Source: Squalus acanthias
Taxonomy: Eukaryota
Direction: 5' to 3'
Length of the DNA: 64,000 bases
Assembly (NCBI GenBank): GCA_030390025.1
Contig: CM059433.1
Span: 1,922,001-1,986,000, forward strand
A program made the translations under genes and the position numbers. The notes beneath the pieces were generated by a model. It ran no database searches. It saw only the letters and a list, made by a program, of their open reading frames with translations, and was not told where the DNA came from. Shown in pieces: positions 23,901-38,900 of the stretch. Each line of letters opens with the position of its first letter. Position 1 is the stretch's first letter.

Positions 23901-26900
23901 ATGTAGTGATAATCATGCACCAAGGAACATGGATTCATACTTACTTTGTGTTAAACTGCTCATTTAATATAATTCGCTCACATATATATAATACAACCAA
24001 AATAGTCAAGCGCCAAGTGCTGAAATGATCAGTTTCTTTCAGCAGTTGCTGGCCGATTTTAGATGTGCAGTTAAACTGACAACTCATTTAAGTTACCAGA
24101 TAAAGTATTGCTCAAGTACCTTGAATCTTTCCAAGTTTTGCTTTCTTTCATTTGGTTTTCTATCACCATGCAAGCAGACACAAGAGAGCTGATGTGCCTT
24201 TCTATCTGGTCCTGAAACAGTAAAATAATTTGATGTGAGAAACCCTACCCCAAAATAGAAATGGCTGAAACAAAGCAAGAGTCATCAGAATTGTCTCACC
24301 TCCTCCCATTTGAACAAAATATTGTTCCATGTTATCACAGTCAATCTTTGTCCTGCAAAAAATAATCGCCTGATCCATCTTATGTTCTTTGATTGCACGC
24401 ACTGTATATTCGCCCTTTAGAACTTTAATAGCTTCTGACCACATCTCTGGAGAAATTAGATATGGAAACTCATTAAGTAAAAATAGAACATCTCATTTGC
24501 AAAATAAAAGCCACTAGGTTGTCTAAGTGTTTAAGAAATTCTAAAAACAAAGCAACAACAAGGTGACTATTGATGAAAGGCAGTTAGTACCAGTCGAATC
24601 GATAGAGTTTTTATTTTTGACTGCAGGAATCCACCACCATGCTCAAACGTCTCCAAACTATGTTTCTAAATGGTGAGAAGCTCGGAACTATGAAGGAGCA
24701 GAGAGATTTGGGTGTCCATGTACACAAATCACTAAAAGCGAGTGGAAAGGTACAACAAAATCAATCAAAAAGGCTAATGGAATGTTGACCTTTATCTCAA
24801 GGGGGCTGGAATACACAGGGAGGAAGTGATGCTTCAGTTGTACAGTCTTAGTCAGACCCCATCTGGAGCACTGCGTTCAGTTCTGGGCATCTCATCTCAG
24901 CAAGGATATATTGGCCCAGAAATTCCGTTCGCAGCCCTCCCGCCGGTGTGCAGGACATGTGTATCCCAGGGGCGCAGCTAGTTCACAGCGTCCGTGGGAT
25001 CACGTGGGCCATGGGGAGCCAATCAGAGCAGGGAATCTCCATTCATAGATTTGACAGGAAGACCCATCAAATCTATGAATAGAGAGGAGCCCCAAAACAT
25101 AAGTAAAACTTCAAATAAATTTTTGAAAAAACATCACATTTTTAAAATGACTATAAATTACATAAATTAACTATTTTAAACAAAAATTTAAATTTTTGAA
25201 AAAAATAATGGAAGTTTTTAAACGGGGCTAAAAAATAAACTTATCTTTCTTTAAAGTATTTTAAAATGATAAATCAGAGGAAATTTTTTTTTTTACTTTA
25301 TTAAACTATTAGCCTGCTAAAAGCAGGCCTTGCGCCTGCTTTTCTAGGCGCAGCTGTTCCCGGCTTACCTGGACTCAAGCCAGTGTGGAAAAAACCGGAG
25401 GTTTTTGATGTAAGGGCTGCCTATCCGGCGCAGGCGTTTGTCCAGTCAAGCCCTTTCTGCAGAGAACGGAAGTGCCAGTTTCCAGCGCATGCGTAAAACG
25501 GGCACTTCCGTTGGCCCAACGGGTGAGTACACAGCGCGTACACACCCGTAGGAACGGAATTTCTAGGCCATTGGCTTTGGAGGAGGTGCAGTGCAGATTC
25601 ACCAGAATGATTCCGGAACTAAAAGGTTTACATTAACGAGGACAGGTTGCATAAACGTGGCTTGTATTCCTTTAGGTATAGAAGATTGAGAGGTGATCTA
25701 ATCAAGGAGTTTAAAATGATAAAAGGATTCAATAGGGTAGATAAAGAGAAACTATTTTCTCTGGTGGGGGGCTTCAGAACAAGGGGGCATAATCCCAGTC
25801 CCCATAGATTCATCCACTACCAAATTTTACTCACTTTTTCCTTAAAGATGCAATGGTCCCTGCTTCACCTACTCAATGGCGAAGTATTCCATGCGCTACA
25901 TCGGATATACGGCACAGAAACAGGCCATTCGGCCCAACCAGTCCATGCCGGCGTTTATGCTCCACTCGAGCTTCCTCTCGTCTTGCCTCATCTAACTATC
26001 AGCATAATCCTCTATTCCCTTCTCCCTCATATGTTTATCCAGCCTCCCATTAAATGCATCTATACTATTCGCTTCAACCTCTCCCTGTGGTAGCGAGTTC
26101 CACATTCTCACCACTCTCTGGGCAAAGAAGTTTCTTCTGAATTCCCTATTGGATTTCTTGGTGACTATCTTATATTGATGGCCTCTAGTTTTGCTCTTCC
26201 CCACAAGTGGAAACACTCTCTCTGTATCTACTCTATCAAAACCTTTCACGATTTTAAAGACCTCTATTAGACCACCCCTCAGCCTTCTCTTTTCAAGAGG
26301 AAAGAGACCCAGCCTGTTCATCCTTTCCGGATAGGTATAACCTCACATTTCTGGTATCATCCTTGTAAATCTTTTTTGCACCCTCTCCAGTGCCTCAAAA
26401 TCCTTTTTATAATATGGCGACCAGAACAGTACTCCAAGTGTGATCTAACCAAGGTTTGACACAAGTTTAGCATAACTTCCCTATTTTTCAATTCTATCCC
26501 TCTAGAAATAAACCCTAGTGCTTGGTTTGCTTTTTTAGTGGCCTTATTAACCTGTGTCGCTACTTTTAGTGATTTGTGTATTTGTACTCCGAGATCCCTT
26601 TGCTCTTCTACCCCATTTAGATTCTTATTTTCCAAGTAATATGTGACCTCCTTATTTTTCTTACCAAAATGTAATACCTCACATTTATCGGTGTGGAAAT
26701 TCATTTGCTAATTATATGCCCATTCTACAAGTTTATTAATGTCTTCTTGTAATTTGTTGCCCCCAATTTGGTGTCATCTGCAAAATTTAGAAATTGTGTT
26801 TTTGATTCCAAAGTCTAAATCGTTAATACAAATTGTGAGCAATAGTGGTCCCAGCACTGATCCTTGTGGGACTCCACATTCCACCTTCTGCCACTCTGAA

Positions 26901-29900
26901 TAGCTACCCTTAAACCCTACTCTCTGATTTCTGTCTTGAAGCCACATAGCTATCCATTCTGCTACTTGCCCCCTGACTCTGCATTCTCTGACCTTATTCA
27001 TTAGTCTATTACATGGTACCTTATTGAAGGTCTTTTGGAAATCTAGATAAATTAAATCTACTGCATTACCCTTGTCTACTCTGTTACCTCTTCAAAAGAA
27101 TTCAATGAGGTTGGTCAAGTAAGACTTTCCCTTTTGAAATCCATGCTGACTATTCATTATTATATTTTTGGTTTCTAGATGTTCTTCTATTTTCTCCTTT
27201 AGTAGGGATTCCATTATTTTTCCTACCGCCGATGTTAAGCTGACTGGTCTATAATTCCCTGCACATGTTCTATCCCCCTTCTTAAATATAGGTATTACGT
27301 TAGCTATCCGCCAGTCCTCCACATTAAACTGCACCTGCAAATTGTTTGCCCATTTGGCTCACCTATATCGAGGTCCACTGTCCTCCTCGCTGCCTGACAA
27401 ATTGTGACATCCAACTGTTCTATAATTCGAGCAACACCCATTAGCCATATTGTTTTATTGTATTTATTAACCAACTTTCTTTTCATGCTTCTATATTTTG
27501 TTCCATACATATGATTTTTTGTAGCAAACCTCCTGTGAGGCACCTTATGAAACACCTTCTGAAAAAACTATATACGCCACATCTACGGCATTCCCTTTTT
27601 CTATCCAATCATTTCTATTGTCAAAGAATACAAGCCTTTTAAATACTGTTGGTGGCTGTCCTTGATCAGCCCGTGCATATCTAAAGTTCACTAATTTCAC
27701 CTTGAAGTATGGATTCTAAAAGTTTGCCCACAATGGATATGATGAAATAGTCTACAGTTGCATAAATTATCCTTCGCTTCCTTCTTGAACAGAGATGTTA
27801 AGCTGCGTACCCTCTGGTCTCCCAGCATAAATGTGACCAAGAGCCTCTGCTATCGCCCCTCTGATTACCAGCAATAGCCACTTGAGTTCTGCTAAGTTTT
27901 TTTCAAAAGCAATTCCTTTTTCTAGTTATTAATTATTTCACATCTTCCTTTAATACACCTACATTCTGCAACAGAAGATGGTCAGTCCTAATCTATCATC
28001 TGTAGGCATGTCATTTTGGAGTAAAGAGACCCAACTTACTCCCCCCTCCCCACTCCACCCCTTTCAGGAAGGGAGTCAGTCGTTGATCTGAAAAATAAGC
28101 AGCACAGGTGGCAAACAGCAGATACCAGAAGGTCCTCACAAGTGGCACAGTCAACAGCAAAACTTACCATAAAATGACAAAGTATACTGCCACCACCCTC
28201 CAAACCACAGCATGGACATGCACAATACCTCACCAAATGGTGCTTCCACTGGTTGGAAATGTGAAGCTTTGGGCAACTATTTCATCTACTATCAGTTATG
28301 GGCAAACTTTTAGAATCCATACTTCAAAGTCAAATTAGTGAACTTTAGATATGCACGGAATTCTCTTACGGATACAGAGGAAATTCAATTAGGAGTGTAT
28401 TCGAAGTTATGTTCAGTGACCGTAAAATTTTTAGGCCTCATTACGCAAAATATTTAAAAGGTTTTTACGTAAATTCGTGTTTTGAACATTTTGCATTTTA
28501 AGCAGTAAAGCTAATAGGAAGTATGTCATCTAATGCAAATGCACTGACCTGCAGAATTGGCACCAGGTCTTGTGTTATCTTTTGCATGAACTTCATCTGT
28601 CTGAGGAAGGGAAACAAAATAAAAGTTACATATCAATTGATTTTATGCACATTAAGACATTACAGCAAGAGTTATACATTTATTTGTCATTCATATTTTC
28701 AGTAATTTACAAAGCAGTTGGCAAAGTTTAACCCAGCATAAAATTTCAAAGGAACATTTAATAATTTTGGGGGGTGGGGGTGATTGGTGAACAGTACTTT
28801 TGATAGAATAGTTCCATATACATTGGCATAGGAGTAGAATGCTCTCATTGTTTAGGCATTGGAACAAAAACAATCCAACTCTTCTTACCCGGATATGTCG
28901 TCCAAGTTTCTCCCAGTGATGATCGGTTTTTGGATTAACTCGCAGAACAACATGATGTACGGTCTCAGGAACAGAATCCTCTCCTTTAAGATCTACCCAG
29001 GTTGGGAAATGCATGATCTTCTCCGAGAGCTTCTTAACATCAAATGAATGAAGTGTGGCAGAGCAAACAATTACCTAGGCAAAGCATAGTAAACAAAGTC
29101 ATTTTATGCCATTTTCATACCTTGAGTGGAACAATCTCACACTCAAAATAAAGGCTTCATCAGTGAAGCCAGCATTCCAATTTAGGAAAATTGCACACTT
29201 GCCATTAATTTGCAGTGCAATGCCTTGTACTGTTGGATTCACTGCATAAGGCTTCCTCCTGGTAGATTTATTTTAACAACTTGTATTTATATAGCGCCTT
29301 TAACATAGTAAAACGTCCCAAGGCGCTGCACAGGAGTATTTTAAGACAAAAAATTTGACACCGATCCACATAAGCAGAAATTTGGGCAGGTGACCAAAAG
29401 CTTGGTCAAAGAGGTAGGTTTTAAGGAGCGTCTTAAAGGAGGAAAGAGAGGTAGCGAGGCGGAGAGGTTTAGGCAGGGAATTCCAGAGCTTAGGGCCGAG
29501 GCAACAGAAGGCACGGCAACCAATGGTTGAGCGATTATAATCAGGGATGCTCAAGAGGGCAGAATTAGAGGAGCGCAGATATCTCGGGGGGTTGTGGGGC
29601 TGAAGGAGATTACAGAGATAGGGAGGGGAGAGGCCATGGAGGGATTTGAAAACAAGGATGAGAATTTTGAAATCGAGGCGCTGCTTAACCGGGATTTATA
29701 GTCTTTACTAGTTAAAAACACAAGAGTGCTATAGCAGTTGTTTCTTTTGCCATATGCTTGCTTCACTAATCGGAATGGTTTCTGTAGGTACAGACAGCAT
29801 AAGGACAACTCATTAAAAAGACACTTTTAAGATATTAGTAAATGGTTCTTTTTCCAGTCATGTCCCCAAATATCCCTTTCTAGTATTTTGTCTGCTTCTT

Positions 29901-32900
29901 TGGTTTTACTGTGTCTTTTAACAAAGTTCATACCTGCAACCTCTTGCCATCAGATGTCACTTGAGGGATCTGAGAATGCATTCTTGAAATGAAGTCAGAA
30001 TAGCCTTGAGTGAGCAATCCATCCTACAAAAAGGCAACCACATCAGATGGCGCTATTTTAGTCACCACAAAAAATATAGAATAAATCATGTAGATTAAAT
30101 TTTTCTTCAGCTTTCAAATATGTGCCTTCCACTAATGCAAAGTTTATGAATGTTGAGCACAAGGTTTATGTTTCTTTATTAGCTACACAAACTAAAAATT
30201 TCACAAACACTTTTTGCATTGTACAATGAACTTTGCTTTAATGAAAGATTTAAACAAGAGATACAGCAACATTGCTTAAATACGCAAAATAACATGCCGA
30301 TACTGCAAAGGATAAAGATAGAGACAGGAGGGTGGTGTGGTTATATTTCATTGATGAGAAACTTTGAAAAGGCTTTCTGGATCCTTTATTAATATGGGCT
30401 AAATATGGAAAAATATCTAAACATCTTTTCCAGTAGTTATCGATCTGCACACTTTTTAAAAAAAAAGCTGCACTTAATAAAAACGTTACTCAAGATTGAA
30501 CAAAATGTTAAGTCTATATTACTGAGCGAATAGGTTGCTGAAACACATACACATAGTTTACCTAACAGAATCAAAAGTTTTTACTAAAATGGTGGTGGTG
30601 GGTGGTATATGAACCTATGGAAACGTACTATTGCAGATAACGCAGATGCTATTTAATTTGTAGGTTTAATAAGGATAATTATGACATTTCAGTTTTGATA
30701 AATGAACACTTACAGCTTCATCTAGCACCAAGAATCTAATTTGGGACAGATTCAGTTTTCCTGTTGAGACAAGGTCATCTATTCTTCCAGGGGTTCCAAC
30801 AATAATATCCACCTGTGGAAGAGACAAGAACACATTCATGGTCAATTTCAATGTGTCTACACTTCAGTTAAATTATGGAATATAAACAAAGTTTAGGATT
30901 GAACCACACTTGTCTTCAGCAGTATCTTTAAAACACAAAGTGCACCTTGAACAGCTGAATTGTTCAACAACCAAATGTAGATGCAGCACAGTGTACTAGA
31001 AGCATGAACAATTGCTGGAAATGTCCCTTTGAAGAAAGGTACTTCTGGAAAAGTGTGAGAATCATTCAAACAGCTTAGTATTATAAAATAAGGCACCCAA
31101 ATTGATCACTTTGATGGTGCATAATAGATCCACGTTTGCATTCCGCAAAATTCCTGACGGCAAGTTTTGTGTTAACATAAAGAAACAATGCGTTTTAGAG
31201 CCAATGAAGTACTTTTGAAGTGTGGTCACTGTTGTAATGCAGGAATGTCACATGAACCCCTTAGTTGAAATAGGATCTTTTAACTCGTACACCGCAATCT
31301 ATTCTGGGTTACTTTTTTCAGCTGACATTGTCAAAGAAATTATGCATATATATGCGCATCATAAGAAATAGGAACAGGAGTAGGCCATTCGGCCCTTCGA
31401 ACTTGCTTCACCAGTCAATAAGATCATGGGTGATCTTCTGCTTCAACTTGCCCTTCCTGTAATCTCCCCATATCCCTTGGTTCCCTTAGTATCCTATAAA
31501 CTATCGATCTCGGTCTTGAATATACTCAACAACTGAGCATCCACAGCCCTCTGGGGTAGAGAATTCCAAAGATTCACCACCCTCTGAGTGAAGAAATTTC
31601 TCTTCATCTCAGTCCTAAATGGCCAACCCCTTATTCGGAGACTGTGACCCCTGGTTCTAGACTCCCAGGGGTTCCAACAATAGCCAGGGGGAAACATCCT
31701 CCCAGCATCTACCCTGACAAGCCCCTTAAGAATTTTATATTTCAATGAGATCACCTCTCATTCTTCTAAACTCTAAGGAATATAGGCCTGGTCTATTCAA
31801 TCTCTCCTTATTAGGGCAATCCCCAAGCCCAGGAATCAGTCTAGTGAACCTTCGTTGCACTCCCTTAAGGCAAGTATATCCTTCCTTAGGTAAGGAGACC
31901 AAACCAGTACACACAGTACTCCAGGTGCGAACACATTCCTGAACACTTTTTCTTGGGGAGTAAACAGGAAACTTACTCCTTGTTCCAGGACAGCCAGTTG
32001 ATCTTTTGCAGACACACCACCAATAATCAGAAGTTCCCTAAAACAAAACAAAAAATCAAAATGAAACTATCCATATATGAACAAGGATTACTACATGACT
32101 AAGTGCTTGGGTTTGATACTTACCGAGGGCTGTTGAGAATTAACCTAAACATTTCTAGCATTTCTCTTTAAAATTAGAATTTTTTTTGCATTTTTGTAGT
32201 ATTTTTCACTATTATATTTAAATAAGAGTCTGACCACCTCAGCAACATAAGCATGTGTAGATCAACACAAGACGTAGGAGCAGGAGTAGGTCATTTGGTC
32301 CCTCGAGCCTGCTCCGCCATTCAATAAGATCATGACTGATCTGATCTTGGCCTCAACTCCACTTCCCGCCCGCTCCCCATAACCCTCGACTCCCTTATCG
32401 TTCAAAAATCTGTCTATCTCCACCTTAAATATATTCAATAACCCAGCCTCCCCAGCTCTGCGGTGGAAGAGAATTCCAAAGATTCACGACCCTCTGAGAG
32501 AAGAAATTCCTCCTCATTTCCAATTTAAAAGGGTGCCCCCTTATTCTGAAACTATGCCCCCTAGTTCTAGATTCCCCCATGAGGGGAAACATCCTCTCTG
32601 CATCCACCCTGTCAAGCCCCTTCAGAATCTTATGTTTCAATAAGATCCCCTCTCATTCTTCTAAACTCCAATGAGTATAGGCCCAACCTGCTCAACCTTT
32701 CTTCACAAGACAACCCCTTCATCTCCAGAATCAACCTTGTGAACCTTCTCTGCACTGCCTCCAATGCAAGTATATCCTCCTTAAATAAGGAGACCAAAAC
32801 AGTAGGCAGTACTCCAGGTCATATCAAATCATAGTCCAAGTGGCCTTGCCCTTTCTGAATAAGATTTGTTCAGCAAAAAAAACACCGAAAACCTTCCAAT

Positions 32901-35900
32901 GAATGCGAGAGAAAAAAATCATCAGGTTTTTTATCCTGATCACGATCCAGTGACCCCTGCTGCAAAATGAATGACATTACGTGGGGGATACATTTGGCCA
33001 AGGCCCTGGTGCAACATTTTCTCTAGGTTCACATATGAGGAATGGGCATTTGGGCAAGGCACTGGTGGGTTGACAGCATCTATGGAACTGTGCCTAGGGT
33101 GGCAACGCAGCACCTTCAGAAGGGAAGACATTGGGAAGGAGGAAAAAAGTTCTCGATGGCCTCCACTAGTAATCAACAACATTACTGATGCAATGCATCT
33201 TGGGCATCTCAGCCAATCGGAACATAATCTAACCCAAATATTCTGTTAAACATAGTTCATCAGAGACATTTTCACAACCATTACTGGAATATACAAGCTC
33301 CTGAAATTACAAGAAGAAAACTAAATGGTTCAAGATTTCGGAATGTCACAGTGAGTGAAACGGCTTCACTAACCACATCACCCCATCAAGGACCTTATTT
33401 GGTATTAGTTCTGGAGAAGTGCAAACATGCTGTAACAGGCAAAGAAAGGTTAGCACAATAGTACATTTATTTATGGGGTGGGGGGGAAAGAGGAGAGTCA
33501 AAAGTATTGAAGACAAGCTACCTTATTTTGGGATCAGTAACATTTTTCTTAAACTGCTTGATATTATTGAGGGTTTGTTCAGCCAGTTCCCTCGATGGTT
33601 CAATGATAAGTGACTTCGGAGCATTTGGTAAGTTTTTAGCTTGAGCTACCTGTGCACTACCTGAAAAAGAATGAACGTTACCGAATTAATAATGGTAAAC
33701 TATTTAGTACAGGGAAGGGGGTTTAATGGTCTGAAAATTGTGTTGCTTAAATAAATTATACCAAGGCATCATTGGGAATCTAATAAATTCCGACCATCCC
33801 AATTCGTTACTTTCAGAGCTGCTAAAACATTTACAAAAATTCACATATTACCAAAAATTCTATCGCTCCAGATTTAGTTTTGCAATTTCTCAGTTTACAA
33901 GGCTCTCCCCTTTAAAGCTGCTGTAAACATACATTTCCAGCCATCCGTATGGAGCGAGCAGGCTTCAGGGAAGGTTAAAAAGCCAGGAAATTATGAAACG
34001 GTGATTTACCCCAAATTATTTCCCAATTTAAGAGTCCACAAATGTGTCCTGAAATGAGGTTAACTGTAAAGACACCACATTGCTTTAGGTTATTATTGGA
34101 GGTTGTGGGAATTCCTGCTCGTTGTCATCTAATTTTGGCTTTGCCCCACCACCGGTGGCAGAGCCTTCAGCTGCCTTGGCCTCACTCTCTGAAACTCCCT
34201 TCCCTAAAGCCCTTCATCTCTTTATCTGACTCTCCTTTAAAAGCTTGCTTAAAACCCATCTTTTTGACCAGCATTTGGACACCTCTCAATCTTTCCCTCC
34301 ATGGCCCAGCCTCTGTCTTCCCATCTATTTGTTACTCCTCGACTATTCCAATGCTCTCCTGGCCGGCCTCCCATTTGCCACCCTCCATAAACTTGAGCTC
34401 ATCCAATTCTGCTGCCCGTATCCTAACTCGCACCAAATTCTGTTCACCCATCAGCCCTGTGCTCGCTGACCTACATTGACTTCCAGTCCAGCAGCACCTC
34501 GATCCTAAAATTCTCATCCTTGATTTCAAATCCCTCCATGGCCTTGTCCCTCCCTATCTCTGTAACCTCCTCCAGCCCTACAACCCTCCGAGATCTCTGC
34601 GCTCCTCCAACTCTTGTGCATCCCCGATTTTAATCGCTCCACTATTGGCAGTTGTGCCTTCAGCTGCCTAGGTCCTTAGCTCTGGAATTCCCTCCTTAAA
34701 CCTCTCCTCCTTTAAGATGCTCTTTAAAACCTACCTCTTTGACCAAGTTTTTGGTCGCCTGTCCCAATAATGCCTTATGTGGCTTGGTGTCAAATTTTGT
34801 TTTAATAACGCTCCTGATGATGCGCCTTGGGACATTTTACTACATTAAAGGAGCTATATAAATACATGTTGTTGGTGTTGTACTTCCATTTGTGAAGTGT
34901 CTTGGGATTTTTTTTTTTTAAATGTTTAAACCACTGTTAAATGCAATCAGAAAGCAAAAAACTGCAGATGTTGGAAATCTGAAACAAAAACAGAGACTGA
35001 AAAAACTCAGCACGTCTCTCCAGAGACTGACTGAACTGAGTGTTTATGTAAATACAAGTTGTTCTTACCATGAATAGGAACTTGCCATTTAGGTAACAAA
35101 AACATACTGCTAAATAGTGATTTTTATATATAAATAAAGTTTGCAAAGAACATTTAGAGCATCAAAAAATACACGAGTTAGAATGATCAGAAGTTATCTC
35201 AAGCAGATAAAATGGAAGGGAAGAATGTGAGAAATAATGTTCAAACTTTAGGAATCGACTATCTGGTCCATCAAGCCAACCCGATCCAGAGATGGTGCAG
35301 CTACATACGCCACTGCATCCCTCCCGTTCTCTGCAATGCTGGGAAATTCCTCTCTAACCACCTAGAAAAAGTTCCAGGAGACCACGGTAACTCAAGAATC
35401 TTGCTATGCACAGCGTCCCCACAATTTATCCTCTGTAACTTGAAGGGCAGTGGGGAATCCATACCCAACACTTTCAAATCTGTTCCAGAGCAATATGACC
35501 CCGAGAAAAGAAACATTTCCCAAAAGCTAATCGAATTATTTGTATACATGTTTTATATTCATCCTTATCTATTTCAATTAACCTAGCCAACTGTACATAA
35601 TCTAATCACCTCACTAAAAAAAATCAACCAAATCTCCAGAGCCTGTGTTTCTCCAAATATAGAATCCCAACTCATTGAGCCTATCCTAGGAACCAAGAGC
35701 CTGCAAATTAGGTATAAGCATAGAAGATAGGAGCAGGAGTAGGCCATTCGGCCCCTCGAGCTTGCTCCGCCATTTAATGAGATCATGGCTGATCATCCAA
35801 ATTCAGTACCCTGTTCCTGCTTTCTCCCCATATCCCTTGATCCCCTTAGCCTTAAGAAATATATCTAACTCCTTCTTGAATATATTTAATGAATTGGCCT

Positions 35901-38900
35901 CAACTGCCTTCTGTGGTAGAGAATTCCACAGGTTCACCACTCTCTGGGTGAAGAAATTCCTCCTCCTCTCAGTCCTAAATGGCTTACCCCTTATCCTTAG
36001 ACTGTGACCTCTGGTTCTGGACTCCCCCTCCATCAGGAACATCCTTCCTGCATCTAGTCTGTCTAGTCCTGTTAGAATTTTATAAGTTTCAATGAGATCC
36101 CCTCTCATTCTTCTAAACTCCAGCAAGTATAAGCCCAATCGACCCAATCTCTCTTCATACGTCATTCCTGCCATCCCGGGTATCAGTCTGGTGAATCTTC
36201 GCTGCACTCCCTCCATGACAAGAACATCCTTCCTCAGACAAGGCGACCAGAACTGCACACAATACTCAAGGTGTGGTCTCACCAAGGCCCTGTACAACTG
36301 CAGCAAGACATCCTTGCTCCTGTACTCGAATCCTCTCGCTATGAAGGCCAACATACCATTTGCCGTAATAATTGTGATTGCTGTTCTCTGTACCTTCTCC
36401 AGGGCCTCGATATCCTTGTGGTGTGTGGGGACCTAACCGGAACACAACACTCCGACTGCTGCCATACCAAGGAGGCTTTGTATAGTCAAAGTAGCTCATT
36501 TTTAGTTTTATATTGAACTATCCCAGCAATACAATCTAGAACCCCTAACTTCCCTTCCCAATGGCCTCATTCGTGGCAGTAAGGACATGTTTATATCGGT
36601 GCTGTGTAGTCGGATTACTAAGGAGGCACATAAGTTAGTAGATTGTATAGTTAATGGGACTTTTTAGTTTTCGGAATCACTTGAATTATTTAAGACAGTT
36701 AAGTGACTCAGGATGTTACTTACAACGTACCAGTATGTTGCGACTTCACAACATGACCATCAATAGCCTTGTCTAGTGCTATGAAGCCATCTTTTGGAGG
36801 GAATTTGAATTCTTCTTCGCCAAAGTTAAATTTGAGCTCAGCATTCTAGGATACAACAACAAAAGCTTTTAGTTTATCAAAAACATTTACTAGTCATAAT
36901 TTTGCTACAATGATGGGAGGAAATTACCTTTAAAACACAAGAGGCAAAGAAGGCTTGGTTCTTTAGATGTGGAGGAACATCAAAGGCATTCCCAAGGTCT
37001 TTCCCTGGAAAACAAAGAACAAGACTTGAAAACACAGAAGGTTTTTCCACAGGTGAAAATATAACCAGACAGTAACAATCCCGTCACTTTAATGCTCCGC
37101 TCCACTCCCACTCAGACCTCACCGTCCTCGGCCTCTTACACTGTTCCAATGAAGCTCAACGTAAGCTCGAGGAACAGCACCTCATCTTTCGATTAGGCAC
37201 TTTACAGCCTTCTGGACTCAACATCGAGTTCAACAATTTCAGACCATAACCTCGGCCCCTATCCTTTTCCCCCCATTTTTTTCTCTCTCACAGGGCAGCT
37301 GTCTTTCATTCTGCCATTGCCATTTACACTTCATCTAGAGCCATCTTTTGTTTCTTAACTTGTCCCATTACCATCTCCTTTTGCCTTGCATCATCATCCC
37401 TTTTGTCTCTTAATGTCTCCTGCCTTCCATCCTATCACAGACCTTCCCTTTTGTTCTTTCCTCCCCTCCCCCCTTTCCCGGCCCCTACACTTTCTTAAAA
37501 ACCTGTTCCATCTCCAGCTTTTTCCAGTTCTGACGAAGGGTCATCGACCTGAAACGTTAACTCTGTTTCTCCCTCCACAGATGCTGCCTGACCTGCTGAG
37601 TATTTCCAGCATTTTCTGTTTTTATTTCAGATTTCCAGCATCCGCAGTATTTTGCATTAGTAACAATGAGATAATCAGATCTGTGTTAATGCGGATGGTT
37701 TGTGCCATTATCCTTGTATTTTTAGTCATTACACAAGACTGAGGCTCCTACAATATTTTTCAATTCATAAATCTCCTTTATAGATACAAAAGGAATGAAG
37801 GGGAGAGCGGGTCAGGGAAAGAGGGAAGAGGAGAAACTAGCAATCCTGTCAGCCAGAATTTACTCTTGCAAAATAGAGTTTAATTGCCAGTAACCTCGAC
37901 TGCAATACCAGATATTGTAATATGTTTAATCATCTAATTACTAAGAGTCAGTCATTGGTGGAACTGAAGAGCAGGATAAATACAGAAACCAAAGCCAAAA
38001 TCAGATGAACATTTTTTTAAACCAACGCGCTTGAATTGAAAGCATAAAATGCAGAACATTTTGGGGGAACTTACCATTTTTTGAAAATTTTACAGATCCT
38101 TTGTCAAGATCAAAGTAGCATCCAATGGTATCATGCATGGTAAATTCCTAAATAAAAGTAATTTAGCACAAAACAAAGTGGACAGAGATTCAAATAGTTT
38201 CAATATATAAAATAAAATCTTACAATGTTGAATTATACATAACTTGTATCCATAATAGCTCGAGGGTTATACACAAATACACATACCTCTCCATAGCTGT
38301 CAAACTGTTTGCTATGGGACTTCTTTCCAGTGCCACCAAATCCAAAGCCAAATTTGTCAGTACCTATTTAGAATTGTCCCAAAAGAGAAAACTGAAATCA
38401 ACTTATAATCAAGGGTATTTGCAAACAACAAAAGCAAAGTACATAGAATGACATAGTATTTACAGCACAGGAACAGGCCGTTTGGCTCAACAGGTTCATG
38501 CCGGCGTTTATGCTCCACGTGATCCTCCTCCCACCTCTCTTCAGCTAATCCTGTCAGCATATCCTTCTATTCCTTTCCCCCCTCAGCTGTTTATCTAGCA
38601 TCCCCTTAAATACATCTATACTATTCACCTCAACTACTCCTTGTGATAGCGAGTTCTACATTCTACACACCCCCTGGGTAAAGAAGTTTCTCCTGAATTC
38701 CTTGCTGGATTTATTATGACTATTTTATATTTATGGACCCTATACAACTATATAACTTCTTGAACAGGCTGCCGGCTCGATACCAACACTAACTTGGTAT
38801 CGAGCCGGCAGCTCGTCGACTGTGCCATCAAGTGGTACTTACTCACCAATAACCTGCTCACTGATGCTCAGTTTGGGTTCTGCCAGTACCACTCGCCTCC

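Noticed and set aside
35212..35700. 124-aa and 82-aa ORFs in apparently unique DNA
   Set aside because: The minus strand reads as a very old CR1 C-terminus and 3' UTR
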